Assembly: GCA_964016885.1 (NCBI GenBank)
Contig: OZ024740.1
Span: forward strand, 88,660,001-88,724,000
Origin: Eledone cirrhosa
Taxonomy: Eukaryota
Length of the DNA stretch: 64,000 nt
Reading direction: 5' to 3'
A model generated the notes under the pieces. It made no database searches, was not told the DNA's origin, and saw nothing but the letters and a program-made list of their open reading frames with translations. Of the stretch, positions 14,450 to 29,580 are shown one piece after another; the first letter of the stretch is position 1; every line of letters begins with the position of its first letter. Both the position numbers and the translations under genes were made by a program.

Positions 14450-15440
14450 ATCAAATGATTGCAGCAGCTGAGAAGGAGTAAGATTGTTGGTAGATGAGGT
14501 ACTTACAGACAGCTGTGTGGTATAGACTTGTGAAGGATATAGTATACTTAATGAATATATTTCTGTGGGTAGTAGGTATCCTAATTTAAAGCTATGTTAT
14601 GTTGGTTCGATTCACGGAGGTTTGAATCTTATGAATTTAGTGGCTATTCTATGTCTGCAGACGATAGATCTTTCTAACTTATTATTAAGTAGCTTTTTAA
14701 CATTTCTAAGGATATATAATAGCTCAAGATCACACAGCCCGCAATAGGACATCCCTGTACTATAGGTTTTAGCAGCCGAGAACTTCGACCAGTTGATAGT
14801 GTCAATTCCCATTCTGGCGAGGGTGGTCTGTTCGCTAATGGGCACCTATCTGGGAGGTGACAGTTGCAGTTTGAGGCGCTATTTTGTGCAGCTTTTACAT
14901 TCCTATTTAGTACCCTGTTAAGTGGGTTGTGATATATGCCCAATGGGGTTTTGCTGCTGCGCGTTTGTATGCGCTTGTGGTTGTGATGTTGTGATAAGTT
15001 TGTGCTTATGTATAGGTGCAATTGATTTACTTGAGATATTTCTGTGGTTGATCTTGCGTATGTGTGATTCTATGTTAGCTGCTGTTGAGAAAGAGAGTTT
15101 TATAGTAGATCTATTGAGTATTTTGTGATATCTATGCGAGATAGGGAAGTGTTTATCTATTAGTTTAAAGAATGTAGAGGGCAGTCTAGTTTTTATAGAG
15201 GAGTTGAATATTGGGTTGAACCATAGGTATTTTCTTTGTCTGTTTCTTCTATTGTTTCTAGGGTTTATGTTATTAGTGTTTTGGCCGTTTACTCTAGGTG
15301 TTACATGTCTAACCCTATGTCTAGTCAAGCTATTCCTATTATTATGTGAGCGGTTGGAATAGAAATTACTAGGATTGTTTATGTTGTCCTTATTCACTAT
15401 ATACTGTAGTTTATCTTTATGACCGGCCCTACTTAAGCGG
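14450..15440 (-). mobile_element. 5'-truncated Penelope-like element (linker + partial GIY-YIG)
   Basis: RKYLWFNPIFNSSIKT, TIKLSFST, CNCHLPDRCPL and CGLCDLE..CRHR. Homologous to ORF 50625-51791. Confidence 0.9.
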
Positions 15441-16700
15441 AGGTTTATACCGAAATGACGGCCTCTTCGCCCTGCACAAGGTTAACCCCCAAACCACCGA
15501 TGGGTTTCGGAGAAACTTAAACTTGTTCTTCTGTAATCTAGGATTTAGTATAACTATAGAATCAAATATGACTAGGACCAACTTCTTAGATGTCACTCTC
15601 GACCTAGATACTTCCCTCTATTACCCGTACCACAAACCTAACGTTTCCTTTAGATATATTAATGTTAATTCTAACCACCCCTCAAAAATCACTGATAACT
15701 TAGTAAAAAGCGTCTCTATTAGAATCTCTGGCCTCTCTGCCAATGAAGATATGTTTAACGCCTCTGCCTCCTACTACAATGAGCCCCCGCCCGCAGCGGA
15801 TTTAAAGAAAAGATAACCTACCTAGAAATCACCGCCATACTGCAGAGGAGGAATAGGCATAGGCAGATAAGCTGGTACAACCCTCCCTTCAATAGAGACA
15901 TCTCTACACCTATAGCTAGGATTTTCTTCACTCTGCTGAACACACACTTCCCCATACAACATAGGTACTACATCATCTTTAATAAGAACACAATAAGACT
16001 CTCCTACTCCACCACACCTGACCTAGCTAGGAATATAGCCAATCACAATCTAAAAAGTTAAATAAGGCAACCACCTCCGAACCCAATCCCCGGACTGGGG
16101 CCTTGTGTAATTGCCTAAATCAGGAAGCTTGCGCACTTGAAAACAAATGCCTGTCAAATGATATCGTATACAAATGCGATGTATCTCAGGCACCGATGAT
16201 TGCAACAACAAAAAGACTTACATCAGCATGACTTCCAATAATTTTAAGACCCGTTGGTATGCCCATACCTACTCCTTCAGAAGACCGGACAAATCAAACC
16301 AGACAACACTCGCCTCCTATGTTTGGGACCTCAAAAGGAACTCCGCTCCCTTCACGCTTATATAGAAAATACTCCAGGAAGCGCGCTCTTACAACGGAGG
16401 ACACAAGTGCTGCGACCTTTTTATCTCAGAGAGCTACGAAATTTTATTCGCCAAGGGCCAGCTACTGAACAAACTATCTAAACACTGCCCGAACTGCATG
16501 CACAAAAACTTTGCAACTTTCAAACACCTTAAGCCAATGTTAATGACCGATGGTTAAAAACCACTTCCTCCTTTTAGCCCCTCTACCTCTTTCCCACACC
16601 ACCCCTACTCCTCCTCAACCTGAAACACGGCCACTATGGTTATGTGAGTACCTCTTACCTACCTGCATTTTCTGCCTGTAAAGCTGTTTTTATGTGCATG
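15438..16700 (+). mobile_element. 5'-truncated Penelope-like element (RT C-terminus + GIY-YIG), frameshifted
   Basis: GGLYRNDGL (decayed YRDD), TNFLDVTLDL, SNHP, WYNPPFN, CNC..C..C and TYISMTSNNFKTRWYAH. Confidence 0.9.
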
Positions 16701-16809
16701 TGTATATGCGTATATTTATGAGTACTTATTTGTATGTATTTGACTGAATCACCGTACCTTTGTATGCATATCGCTGTGTGTAGGTGCGTTCACATGTCTT
16801 CTATGTGTG

Positions 16810-17806
<997 letters not shown>

Positions 17807-17958
17807 CAAGTTATCAATAATGTAGTGATAATATATCGTCACTTTAGAGATGAACAGCGTACGTGTAGGTTTGTTCAACGAGTATAAATTATATTCCGGA
17901 GAAAATATAGAAAAGATGAATATAAAATGAAAGTGCTTTTATAAAGGAATTCATTAGG

Positions 17959-18076
17959 TATTGACATATGTTTCTGTAACAGACGGAATACCTATGTATC
18001 GTTGCTTGCGTAATCATATAATGTTAGCCAGTATTCGATAGCAAATGTATAATCAGTTGTCACTTCTTCAGAGATA
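17959..18076 (-). ncRNA. Possible hammerhead with very long stem II
   Basis: CTGAAGA-a gtgaca...tgttac a-GAAA-catatg-TC. Stem I is weak. Confidence 0.4.
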
Positions 18077-18449
18077 TTGCATTAATTGGAAAAAATCAGA
18101 AAAATCAAAGTATTTATATTCTATATGATGGTCATCATGCATTGCTGGAGGTTATATTTTTTGACTCAAGCAGGGTGATAGCCATTGAATGTGTGTGTTG
18201 CTGTTGGCAGTATTTTAGTGTGTTAATTTTTTTGTTTGTTCTTTTTATTTTTCTGATAATTGTTTATATATATATATATGTATATGTATGCATGTATATA
18301 TATATAATACTCTGGTATAACACCTGCAACCCTGATGATATCCAATGATGTTGACTTGTTCTTCTTTTTGGTAAATATCATCTTGGTTAAGAGAGTCGGA
18401 CTGGCTTTGTGCAGTGCCTTTGCTCACTACAAAAGCTTCACGGCACAGG

Positions 18450-19303
18450 CATTGCTTATCCCAGTTTCCTGAGTTGTCTTCTCCTGGAAGAATGCCCTGA
18501 CAAGGGCTCAGTAGTTACCGATGATGTTGATCTTTTCTTCTTTTCGAGTTATAGCTACTGTCGCTTAGTGCAGCCTTGCCTCACTTTAAAAAGAATTTTC
18601 ACACACAGGCATTGCACGATGGAATTAGTTAATAATTATTAATAATGTTATATCGTGCAGTGGGCAGACTCGATAACGAGGGGGCAGCCATCATGTATAT
18701 ATATGTGTGTATGTATGTATATGTGTATATGTGTATATGTATGTATGTATATGTATGTGTATATATGTATGTATGTATATATGTATATATGTGTGTATGT
18801 ATGTATGTATATATGTATATATGTATGTATGTATGTATATGTGTATGTATGTATGCATGTTAATGCATACATATGTATATGTGTATGTATGTATGCATGT
18901 TAATGCATACATACATACACATATACATACATACATACATACATATATACATATATACATACATACATACACACATATATACATATATACATACATACAT
19001 ATATACACATACATATACATACATACATATACACATATACACATATACATACATACACATGATGGCTGCCCCCTCGTTATCGAGTATGCCCACTGCACGA
19101 TATAACATTATTAATAATTATTAACTAATTCCATCGTGCAATGCCTGTGTGTGAAAATTCTTTTTAAAGTGAGGCAAGGCTGCACTGAGCGACAGTAGCT
19201 ATAACTCGAAAAGAAGAAAAGATCAACATCATCGGTAACTACTGAGCCCTTGTCAGGGCATTCTTCCAGGAGAAGACAACTCAGGAAACTGGGATAAGCA
19301 ATG
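18450..19303. repeat. About 850 bp near-perfect palindrome centred on a (TATG)n to (CATA)n switch
   Basis: Unique arms 18450-18696 and 19056-19303 are reverse complements, and the inner microsatellite is itself inverted. Confidence 0.95.
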
Positions 19304-19530
19304 TCTTCCTCCGGTTGCAACGTTTTTTGAAATATCCAGTTCTGCGTTTACAGATTGACTTTGTTAGTTTCAGAAGATCCCGTTAACGTTGAAAGCAGCG
19401 ATTCTTTGCTTAAACTTTAATCTGTTATTTTAATAAATATTTGCTCTACGGTTCTTATATATTTGATATATATTTTCCTTATCGAGCCCTCTTTGGATTT
19501 TAGTCTTCAATTTTATTATTATTACTATGT
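19304..19530 (+). repeat. Solo fragment of the pseudo-LTR of the 30.6-33.5 kb PLE, with an HHR-like motif at 19366-19416
   Basis: Matches 33218-33440 and the reverse complement of 31310-31446. Confidence 0.85.
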
Positions 19531-19569
19531 ATATATATATATATATATGTGTGTATATATATGTGTATT

Positions 19570-19644
<75 letters not shown>

Positions 19645-19647
<3 letters not shown>

Positions 19648-20009
19648 TTCGGCAAATCACTGATGAGGGACTTATTTTATTACATGTTACCCATGTGCTA
19701 CCTGCAGTATTTTTCTCTATATTTTAATACATATATTTACCACTGCGATTCTGTGTTTTTTCTCTCTCTCTTACTGTTCCCCCATTCTCTCTGTTTCTCC
19801 CCTACGGTATGCTATATTTTCTGTTGTTCTCCTGTCTCACTCGCTTTACGCGTTTTAATTGTCCTAATAACTTATTTTGGTTATTATTGCACCGAAGTGA
19901 GATATATGATTTTTAATGCAATGAAATATCTATGATCTTCGGCAAATCACTGATGAGGGACTTATTTTATTACATGTTACCCATGTGCTACCTGCAGTAC
20001 TTTTCTCTA

Positions 20010-20010
<1 letters not shown>
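19645..20010 (+). repeat. Partial tandem with a 290 bp period, each unit carrying CTGATGA near its start
   Basis: 19645-19720 is repeated at 19935-20010. Confidence 0.85.
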
Positions 20011-20079
<69 letters not shown>

Positions 20080-20152
20080 CGTGTGTGTGTGCATGTGAAT
20101 GTGTCTGTCGACACCTGGAATATAGCCGAAGAGAAATTTGAAGATAATGATA

Positions 20153-20455
20153 GGCACCCATTATTTTGAACTTGTTTATAGAATTCTCTTGGCCTTTGTC
20201 ACTCTAAGTAGAACTTTAAAAAAATAGCTTTTAAAGAATTCCCCTTTCTTTAAATCCATCAACCATGACCGACCCCCAACGATCTTACTGACACCTGAAA
20301 TATAGGCATTGTTAGCTTAAGAGAAACTTATAAATAAGGAGTGGCACGCTATTCTGAACTTGTTTAAAGAATTCTTCATGCCTTTGTCACTCTAAATATA
20401 AATTATAGCTTTAAAGAATTAGCTTTTAATGAATTCCCTTTCTATAACCAATCAC
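20153..20455. repeat. Diverged tandem duplication, period about 189 bp
   Basis: ggcac..att.tgaacttgttta.agaattc occurs at 20153 and 20342. Confidence 0.75.
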
Positions 20456-20807
20456 CTCTACCCATTCCACTCCCCACCCTCTCCTACCACCTGAAAAGAG
20501 GTGTAAATACATTTATTTTTGGAAAGCCAGATTCCTGCTGATTTCTAAAGAATGAAACAGTTCTAGTCTTGTAGAATCTCATCTATATTAAAACTTTTAT
20601 ACTCTACTATGTATTGAGTGCCTTACTTACTGTGGTTACCTCCGATTCAACCCGGAATAACGCACGTCTATATATATAGGACCCCGACGGCAGAGCTCAA
20701 CACGTTTCGACGGCTATTTCTGGACGCCTATTACCCACCCTACTACCCAAAGTATCGAGTACTCTGGTGCGTTATGGTCCACACGGTTCCTTACCACACT
20801 TCATTCG

Positions 20808-20869
<62 letters not shown>

Positions 20870-21069
20870 CTGATGGTAGCTAAGATGCTTCCATAGGCGG
20901 TATGCCGGCTGAGCACTCTATCCTCTTACTGAGCAGAGTATGGTATAATATAAAACGAAAAATCAGTGATGCATCTGAAATCAATCACACCCATATATAT
21001 ATATATATATATATATACGCAAATAGGATATATACACAAGGCCATATAAGGATACACAATCGGTCATAC

Positions 21070-22190
21070 AATTGGTCATGCATGAATGATGCATTTTGTT
21101 ATAAGCATGCACATATATAAACAATACAATCATACCTATATATACACACACACATATATCTATATATACACATCCATATATACACATACGTATATACACA
21201 TATATAAACAATAAACATGCAATATATTAAAGGTGTAGGTATAACGTCCCATGGAGATATATAAACAGAATGAGGAATGTGTATAGTATAAGATAGTAAA
21301 CAGGAGAAGCATGAGATATACAGAAAATATACAGACAATATAATATGTGTTACAAGATGGGATACGTGGAGTGTATGGACTCTCTATTGAAAAGATACAC
21401 ATGCATGGGGGTGCGTGGACCGGCCATACTGGAGTATGTCACTGTGGTTGAGGTATATTGTCCTATAGGTGTAATGCATTTGACTGGAAGTCAGTGGAAT
21501 CAGGGTCGGCCTGCACCGGCTCGGGCTATGTTCTTTCCTAGGGTGACGTGCAGAGTCGGGTATGCATCCCGGGTTATTTCGGTTTACCCACGTGGCATAT
21601 ATAGTCAACAGGGTATGTTGTCTGATCCCTAGAACCCGTTTCGCCGCTCTGGTCGGCGCACGCTCCGCCGCATGCCTTTAGCCTAGGCTTCCCGGTGGAT
21701 TCCATGCGTAGAGTGTACACATTCTCTGGTGTCTGCAGGTCATGATTATTTCCGATTTCAGGTTGACCGCATCATTCATCAGTCTGACTATCTCCATGGC
21801 CTCGTATAGGCATAGCCTACACTTTCTGTTTCCAGCCGAGTATGCATTCAGTGCCGGACGATACTCCAGTCAAGGGCATACGGGGTGCCCTTGTCCCTCA
21901 ACAGGTCCGCCAGCCTAGTAGAGTGTCTCTTATTCCGGTCCTTGTGTACTATCTTATACGCATACACATTCCCCATTCTTTTTATATATCTCTATGGGAC
22001 GTTATATCTTCACCTTTAATATGTTGCATATTTATTTTTTATATATGTGTATATACGTTTGTATATATATGAATGTGTATATATATACATGTATATATAT
22101 GTGTGTGTATATATGGGCATATGTGTATGATTATATTGTTTATATATGTGGATGTTTATAACAAAATGCATCATTCATGCATGACCCATT
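21070..22190. repeat. Diverged inverted repeat (about 230 bp arms) around a GC-richer spacer
   Basis: 21070-21298 matches the reverse complement of 21947-22190. Confidence 0.8.
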
Positions 22191-22301
22191 GTGTATCCTT
22201 ATACACTTTATGCTTAATTAAAAGCATTTTGAAGACCGTATGCTATTGTTTTAGAGTAGTGACAAATTCACTTACTTTAATCTCAGCAAACAGGGGAGAT
22301 A

Positions 22302-22347
22302 AGCCCACAAGGGCCTTGTTTCGCTTTTGTTGAAGCTTATCAAGGCT
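22302..22347 (-). ncRNA. Hammerhead fold with UUGAUAA core, inside a 318 bp direct-repeat unit (22201-22565)
   Basis: agcc-TTGATAA-gctt caacaa aagc-GAAA-caag gcc cttg-TG-ggct. All three stems are perfect. The triplet is GUG, which is normally not cleavable. Confidence 0.7.
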
Positions 22348-22721
22348 AACTACCGCTCCTGTCTACTGAGATTACTGATGTTATATTCTTATAGAATTCT
22401 AGTAAATAATCAGGAGCTGATTATACAGAGCGATTGTTGGTCAGGCAGAAATTAAAAATTAGAATTGGAGCTCTGAAATAGCAATATATATATGGATGTA
22501 TATATAATGTATTTTGCAATACACTTTATGCTTAATTAAAAGCATTTTGAAGACCGTATGCTATTATTGCGTGCGCCTATATGTGAATATGCGCATATTT
22601 GTATGCGCGTATATGAGCCAGTGTGTGTGTGTGTGTTTACAAGCACATAATGTAGCGAAAGGGCTTGTTGGTGTGTATATATGTATGTGTGTATGTGAGT
22701 ATAGATATGTGTGTATATATA

Positions 22722-22797
<76 letters not shown>

Positions 22798-22964
22798 TGG
22801 GTGAGTGTATATATATATAGATATATATGTGTGTGTGTGTATGTGTGTGTATATATATGTGTGTATGTATATGTATATATATATATATATATATAAGGTA
22901 ATGAATTTTTCTTTTGCAATATATATACAGATGTGTTGGTATCTGTGTTTCATTACATACATAT

Positions 22965-23017
<53 letters not shown>

Positions 23018-23462
23018 TGTATATATGTGTGTGTGTATATGTGTATATATATGTGTGTGTTTCCGAGCGAGTCTGTATCTGTGTCTGTATATGGGCATGT
23101 AGGCAGGCGTCTGTGTATGTGTAGATCTATAGTTTTTTTTTTTATATGTCCACCTTAAGTGTGTGTGTGCGTGTGTGTGTGTATATAGCGGGATTCTATG
23201 CGTACGGATGTTGTTTTCTTTTGGATTGTGTGTGTGTTCGTGTGTGTGTGTATATATGTGTGTGTGAGTGCGCGCGTGGACGTGTGAACTACCAAACCCA
23301 GTAGTAACTCATCGAAGTGTGGCAGAATGGCCAGTCGAATTGGCACCTGTTGGTCAGATTTATGATGACGTAGAAAAGCAGCACCCAATAACGCGATGCG
23401 CGAAGAAGACGTTTTTTGACGCCAACACCCCAGTGAAAGAATTTTCTCCGAATGCATTAGAC

Positions 23463-23550
23463 GTGTTCGACGAGCTCGCAGGTCCAGAGTCAGACAGATC
23501 CATGCAATGATCGTGCCTCGAGCTGTCCGCCAGCGAAACAGTTGTAACAC
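23463..23550 (+). ncRNA. Hammerhead-like motif with long stem II, related to the 59.3-59.6 kb family
   Basis: gtgt-TCGACGA-gct...agc-GAAA-cagttg-TA-acac. The insert resembles 59472-59531. Confidence 0.55.
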
Positions 23551-23591
23551 ACAATAAATTGATTTCAGATGCATCATTGATATTTCGTTTC

Positions 23592-23681
<90 letters not shown>

Positions 23682-24182
23682 CACTCACCTTCGTATGGTA
23701 GTATATTGAATTCGATATTAACCACCATTTTCTGTTCTGGATCATCCAGTCATTGGGGAACAGATTTACACGCAGAGACGATATGTAAATATTTTGTTAG
23801 AACTATCAGATCTAACTCTGCCTTCATGCATATATTATCGCTTTTCCTGTAAATGCTAGGTTATTTCCTCCTGCATATTTTCACTGAGCATTTAAATTTG
23901 AGTCTGCAAAAATGAAAAGTGGGTATCAATGTTTTCCCTTTCTTAAATGTTGATGCTGTTCGAATTTAAACTCTGTTTTAAGTTGAGTGTTTAACTGCTA
24001 GTCAATATGCTGATCTTAGAGAGTTTCCTAAGTGTGGTGGCGTGTCATTCCTGAATACAATTTTTTACTCTCTCTATAATACGGTTATATGTACCAGTGT
24101 TTGTTATGCGGAGGATTTCTCTCATGGGCGCTGCTCTTCCTCTTCTTACTAAGACACGTATACAATGCATATATATATATGC

Positions 24183-25181
<999 letters not shown>

Positions 25182-26179
25182 TGTGCGCTTGACTGTCTAA
25201 GTTTTTGTGTGTCTCTGTCGGTGAATGTCCTTACATAACTATATATATGTTTTTCTACTTAGTAACAAGTTCCTATTATTAGTTTTATAAAACATATTCT
25301 CCCTTCCCAAAGAAACATATACATCGTTCGTGTCCCTTCATTCATTGTACAACATAAGGCAAAAGTGAACCGGACTGCCAATGCATTTCTATTGCAAGGT
25401 TCATAGAAAATCTTTGAACGTCCACTTATTTGTGTGTTATCAGCCGTGATTATATATGTTTTACTCCCTTGTTTGGTGTATTTATAATTTCGTAAAGTAT
25501 CATCTGAAATTTAGTAAATACTATTTGGAGTATGAATGTTTGTACTGACTCACTCTTTTCATTCACCAGAATTCGCAGATAAATATTTTGACTATCATTG
25601 TAATTCTCTAGTGATATTTGGTTCTAAAGTTTGTTCCTTTCCAATAAAACCTTTTGGTATAATTATCAATTGCGCCTGGAACACAGTTATATTATAATCA
25701 TTATCTTTCTTTTGCCCTGTTCACTCATTTTAATACTTCGGTGCTTTCATTTATAGTAGATGTATAATTTATTACCTGTTTGTTGAATACGTAAGATGAT
25801 TTACATCTGTTAATAAGCGAGTGAATCGTGAGCTCTTATTTCCAGAGCAGCACTTAGTTCTCTACATTTTTGCATTATATTAGCCAATTAGACTGAAAAG
25901 TTTTCAGACAGGTTGTGCGTTGCTCTCCTTTATAATACCACATCACTGACTAATACCAATTATAAGCATGGCTGCAAAATACACCTTTGGAGTAGTGTGA
26001 ATGAGATGCTTCAAGAATGTCAACAATGTAAGAAGAGAAAATGAACTGAAGTGACTGACTGATGTTTGAAACCACACCAGAATCTGGGTTTTCATCCTTG
26101 ACTTAACTAGTGCTATACACCATTTTTTGGTTATTGGACTGCAGAAAGCAGGATGGTAATATACATTGATATGTATTTA

Positions 26180-26860
26180 GATAGATAAATAGATAGATAG
26201 ATAAATAGATAGATAGATAGATAAATTGATAGATAGATAGATATATTTCTTTATTAGCCACAGGGGCACAAAAGAAGGGGACAAATACAAAGGGGGAAGT
26301 TTACATACAATAAAAACGTGTAAAATGTTATCACAGATGGAATTTAAAAGTTAGTCGATTTTCCCCAATAGAGGGAGACAGTTTATATGGGTAACACATA
26401 CCCCCGAAAAAAAATGTGCAACCCTCATCTCCAGGAGTACGAAGAGCTTGTACTCATTTCCTCTCCTCCTCCTTTTCCTCAACCTACAGGCTGATATAGA
26501 GAGAAGGCCCATTCACTCGGGCCATTCTCGCCACTTTCACCCACCTTTCATAAAACTTGCTGGGGTACAGCACCTCTCTCTCCATCCTGATTCTTCTTCC
26601 AAAGTGGTATTTGAAAAAAAGAATCAGTTGTTGGCCGGAGAGAAAGGTGTCTGACCTCAGCCCTTTCAACCTTGTCCACCATACAACATCTTTCGCCATA
26701 GCTATCACACAGAGGAAAACCGCCTCTCCTTCGTTTTTGAAGGAGGGTGGCGGTTTTATCATGACAATGGACTCGGTGGTCAACTGGATTGGTCCCACCC
26801 GCGACAATAGTCGTTCTACATAGCCCCACAGGTCAGTGACGCCCGGGCAGTGTATGAATT
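26180..26860 (-). mobile_element. Tx1/L1-clade LINE 3' fragment with (TATC)n tail
   Basis: Encodes the ORF2 C-terminus shared with 27225-27713. AATAAA is followed by (TATC)n. Confidence 0.85.
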
Positions 26861-26899
<39 letters not shown>

Positions 26900-28920
26900 C
26901 AATTTTCTATTTATTTGCCACCAGGGTATCAAAGATTGGGACAAATACAAGGGGGGGGGGGGGTTACATACATTTCAAAGACGTGAAAAACATATAAGAA
27001 ATCAAATTCAACAATCGAAGTCCTCAATAGGGAGGGGGCGTTGACGTGGGTCGCACACACCCCCTAAAAAAATGTGCAACCCTCCTCCTCATGAGCACAA
27101 AGAGCGAGTGCTCCCTTCCTCTCCTCCTTCTTCTCCTCTCTCACCTACAGGCTGATATAGAGAGAAGGCCCATTCTCTCCACTTTCACCCACCTTTTATA
27201 AAACTTGCTGGGGTAGAGCACCTCTCACTCCATTCTGATCCTTCTTCTAAAATGGTACTTGAAAAAAAGGACCAGTTGTTGGCCGGACTCAAAGGTGTCT
27301 GACCTCAGACCTTTCAACCTCGTCCACCATACAACTTCTTTCGCCATAGCTATCACACAGAGGAAAACCGCCTCTCCTTCGTTTTTGAAGGGGGGAGGCG
27401 GTTTGATCGTGACAATGTACTCGGTGGTCAACCGGATTGGTCCCACCCGCGACAGTAGTCGTTCCACATAGCCCCACAGGTTAGCAACGCCCGAGCAGTG
27501 TACGAATGCGTGCGCGAGGGTTTCCTCCTCACGCACGCATCTCGGACAGATCTTCTTCGAGGGGCCCCTACCCGGGCGCCCGTGTCTGTAGAGCTTGTCC
27601 CGAACGGGTAGAGCTCCTCGGTAGCACTGCCAAGCCAGGGACTTTTGGAAGTTGTCCATCGGTCCCGGGCCAAACGTCCTAGCGAACGGACTGGCTAGCT
27701 CGTCTTCCTCCATGCCCAGAGCCTCTCCGAGAGCGTCGTCGCACTTGCTGCGCCCAACCCTCTATAGAATCTTGAGGTTGAGTCTCCACTGATTGCCGGA
27801 TACGCTTGCCAAAGGGCCGTGCGCGCCTGGGCACATTCAATGTGCCAGTCGCCCACTTTTCTCGGTCTTTGCTTGACCTCGGATTGTAGCTCGGTGAGTG
27901 AGACGAGTCTCGGAAAGGCTCGCCTCACAAAAGGGGCCCACACCGGCTGACCGGTGAGGAATACCTGGAGGTGCCGTAGCCTTAATGCGTGTCTACGCAT
28001 CGTCAGCCACGGCATCTCCAGCCCTCCGTTCGAAGGGTGTTGACAGCAGATGGATCTTCTCACCAAAGGAGCCCGCTTCTTCCAAAGGAATCGGAAGAGC
28101 GCGCGCTCCATTTTGGCGAGCCTTTTCGCTGAGCAAGGCACGACCGTCAAGCGGAAGTAGATGACGGACGCTATATGAGTGTTCGCTACTTCCGCTCGAC
28201 CTTTCAGGGATAGCTTGCACTCGGCCCACTTCTGGGCGAGTGCAAACACCCTTCCCGTTACCTCGTCTCAGATTTTCTCCACCTGGAGGTCCGGTCCGAA
28301 CCAGACCCCGAGCAGCTTCACCGGTCTCTCCGTCCAGCGTCCGACGACGCCGTCGGAGGGCATCGGTTTGCCTCTCCACGTTCCGAGTTGCAAACCGACG
28401 GACTTGTCCCGATTCAGCTTGCCGCCGCGAGCACCACATCCAGGTACCGATGGTCGGCACTATCGAACGCCTTAGATTGATCCAAGTTGATCAGGGCCCC
28501 ACCAAAGCCGCGTTTGTTCCCTACCCTCTCTACGGTGTATCGCATGAGGTGGAGGTTGTCGTGCATGGATCTGGACGAGATTGCGCATGTCTGCGCTTCT
28601 CCCACCAGGTTCCCGTGGACAAGCGCCAACCTCTTCGCTAACACCTTGGCCAACATCTTTAACTCTGTGTTTAGCAGAGTTATGGGCTTGAAGTTATCTA
28701 TGTCATGCCCCTTGTTCTCGTCCTTTCTCACCAGCGTGGCTACGCCCTTGGTCACAGAACTGGGAATTCTCCCGTTCTGTTGCCAGTTGCAGTAGACCGC
28801 CTCGAGGAGATCGGAGAACAAGTCCGGCATCGCTACATAAATTCGTATGGTAGACCATCGAGACCGGGATATTTGCGTTTGCCGCATTGGCTCAGCGCTT
28901 CCCCTATTTCAGCGGCTGGT
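26861..28920 (-). mobile_element. Tx1/L1-clade LINE, 5'-truncated, with RT core internally deleted
   Basis: NFKPITLLNTELKMLAK, INLDQSKAFD, LSLKGR, HPSNGG, zf-RVT-like GALPVRDKL..CPRC..ETLAHAFVHC. (TATC)n tail. Confidence 0.9.
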
Positions 28921-29544
28921 TAAACACAACAAATAACAAGTTACTTAAACAAACCTACCGCTTCTCGTAAAAAATTTCCGACAAAATGCAGGAGCGAAAC
29001 AAAAACACGTCTGTCTTCTTCGAGATAGATATGTTTCTTTACTTCGAGATAGATAGATAGATAGATAGATAGATAAACTTTAATGATCATTAGACAATGT
29101 TTAACGAAGTATTCAATGCAAGTGTCACAAGATTTCAAATAGTGTAGAATGTTTCTTACGTGTTAAAGAAAATTACATTTTATCATTTACAGGATGATAG
29201 GAAACCCGACGATCTATTCACTGTGTAATATGTTTCAAAAATATTGTAAAACAATTCTTAATTATGAAATTACGACAGTATGGGCTGATAGGATTATACA
29301 ACGTCTGATTCAATAAGAAAAGCAGTTGATTACGAACTGCGTACTAGTTACACTTGTAATTCATAACTAACGTCTACAATTTCCTTTTTAGATGTATAAC
29401 AGGTAAATAATATTCAGCTTTTATTCTATCTCATCTTTATCGAGTGAATGTAAATATGACATCGTAAAATATTTATGGCTATTTATCACATAGTATGTCT
29501 TGATTAATAAATAGAAAAATAAACAGATATGAATATCCCCTCCT

Positions 29545-29577
<33 letters not shown>

Positions 29578-29580
29578 CTA

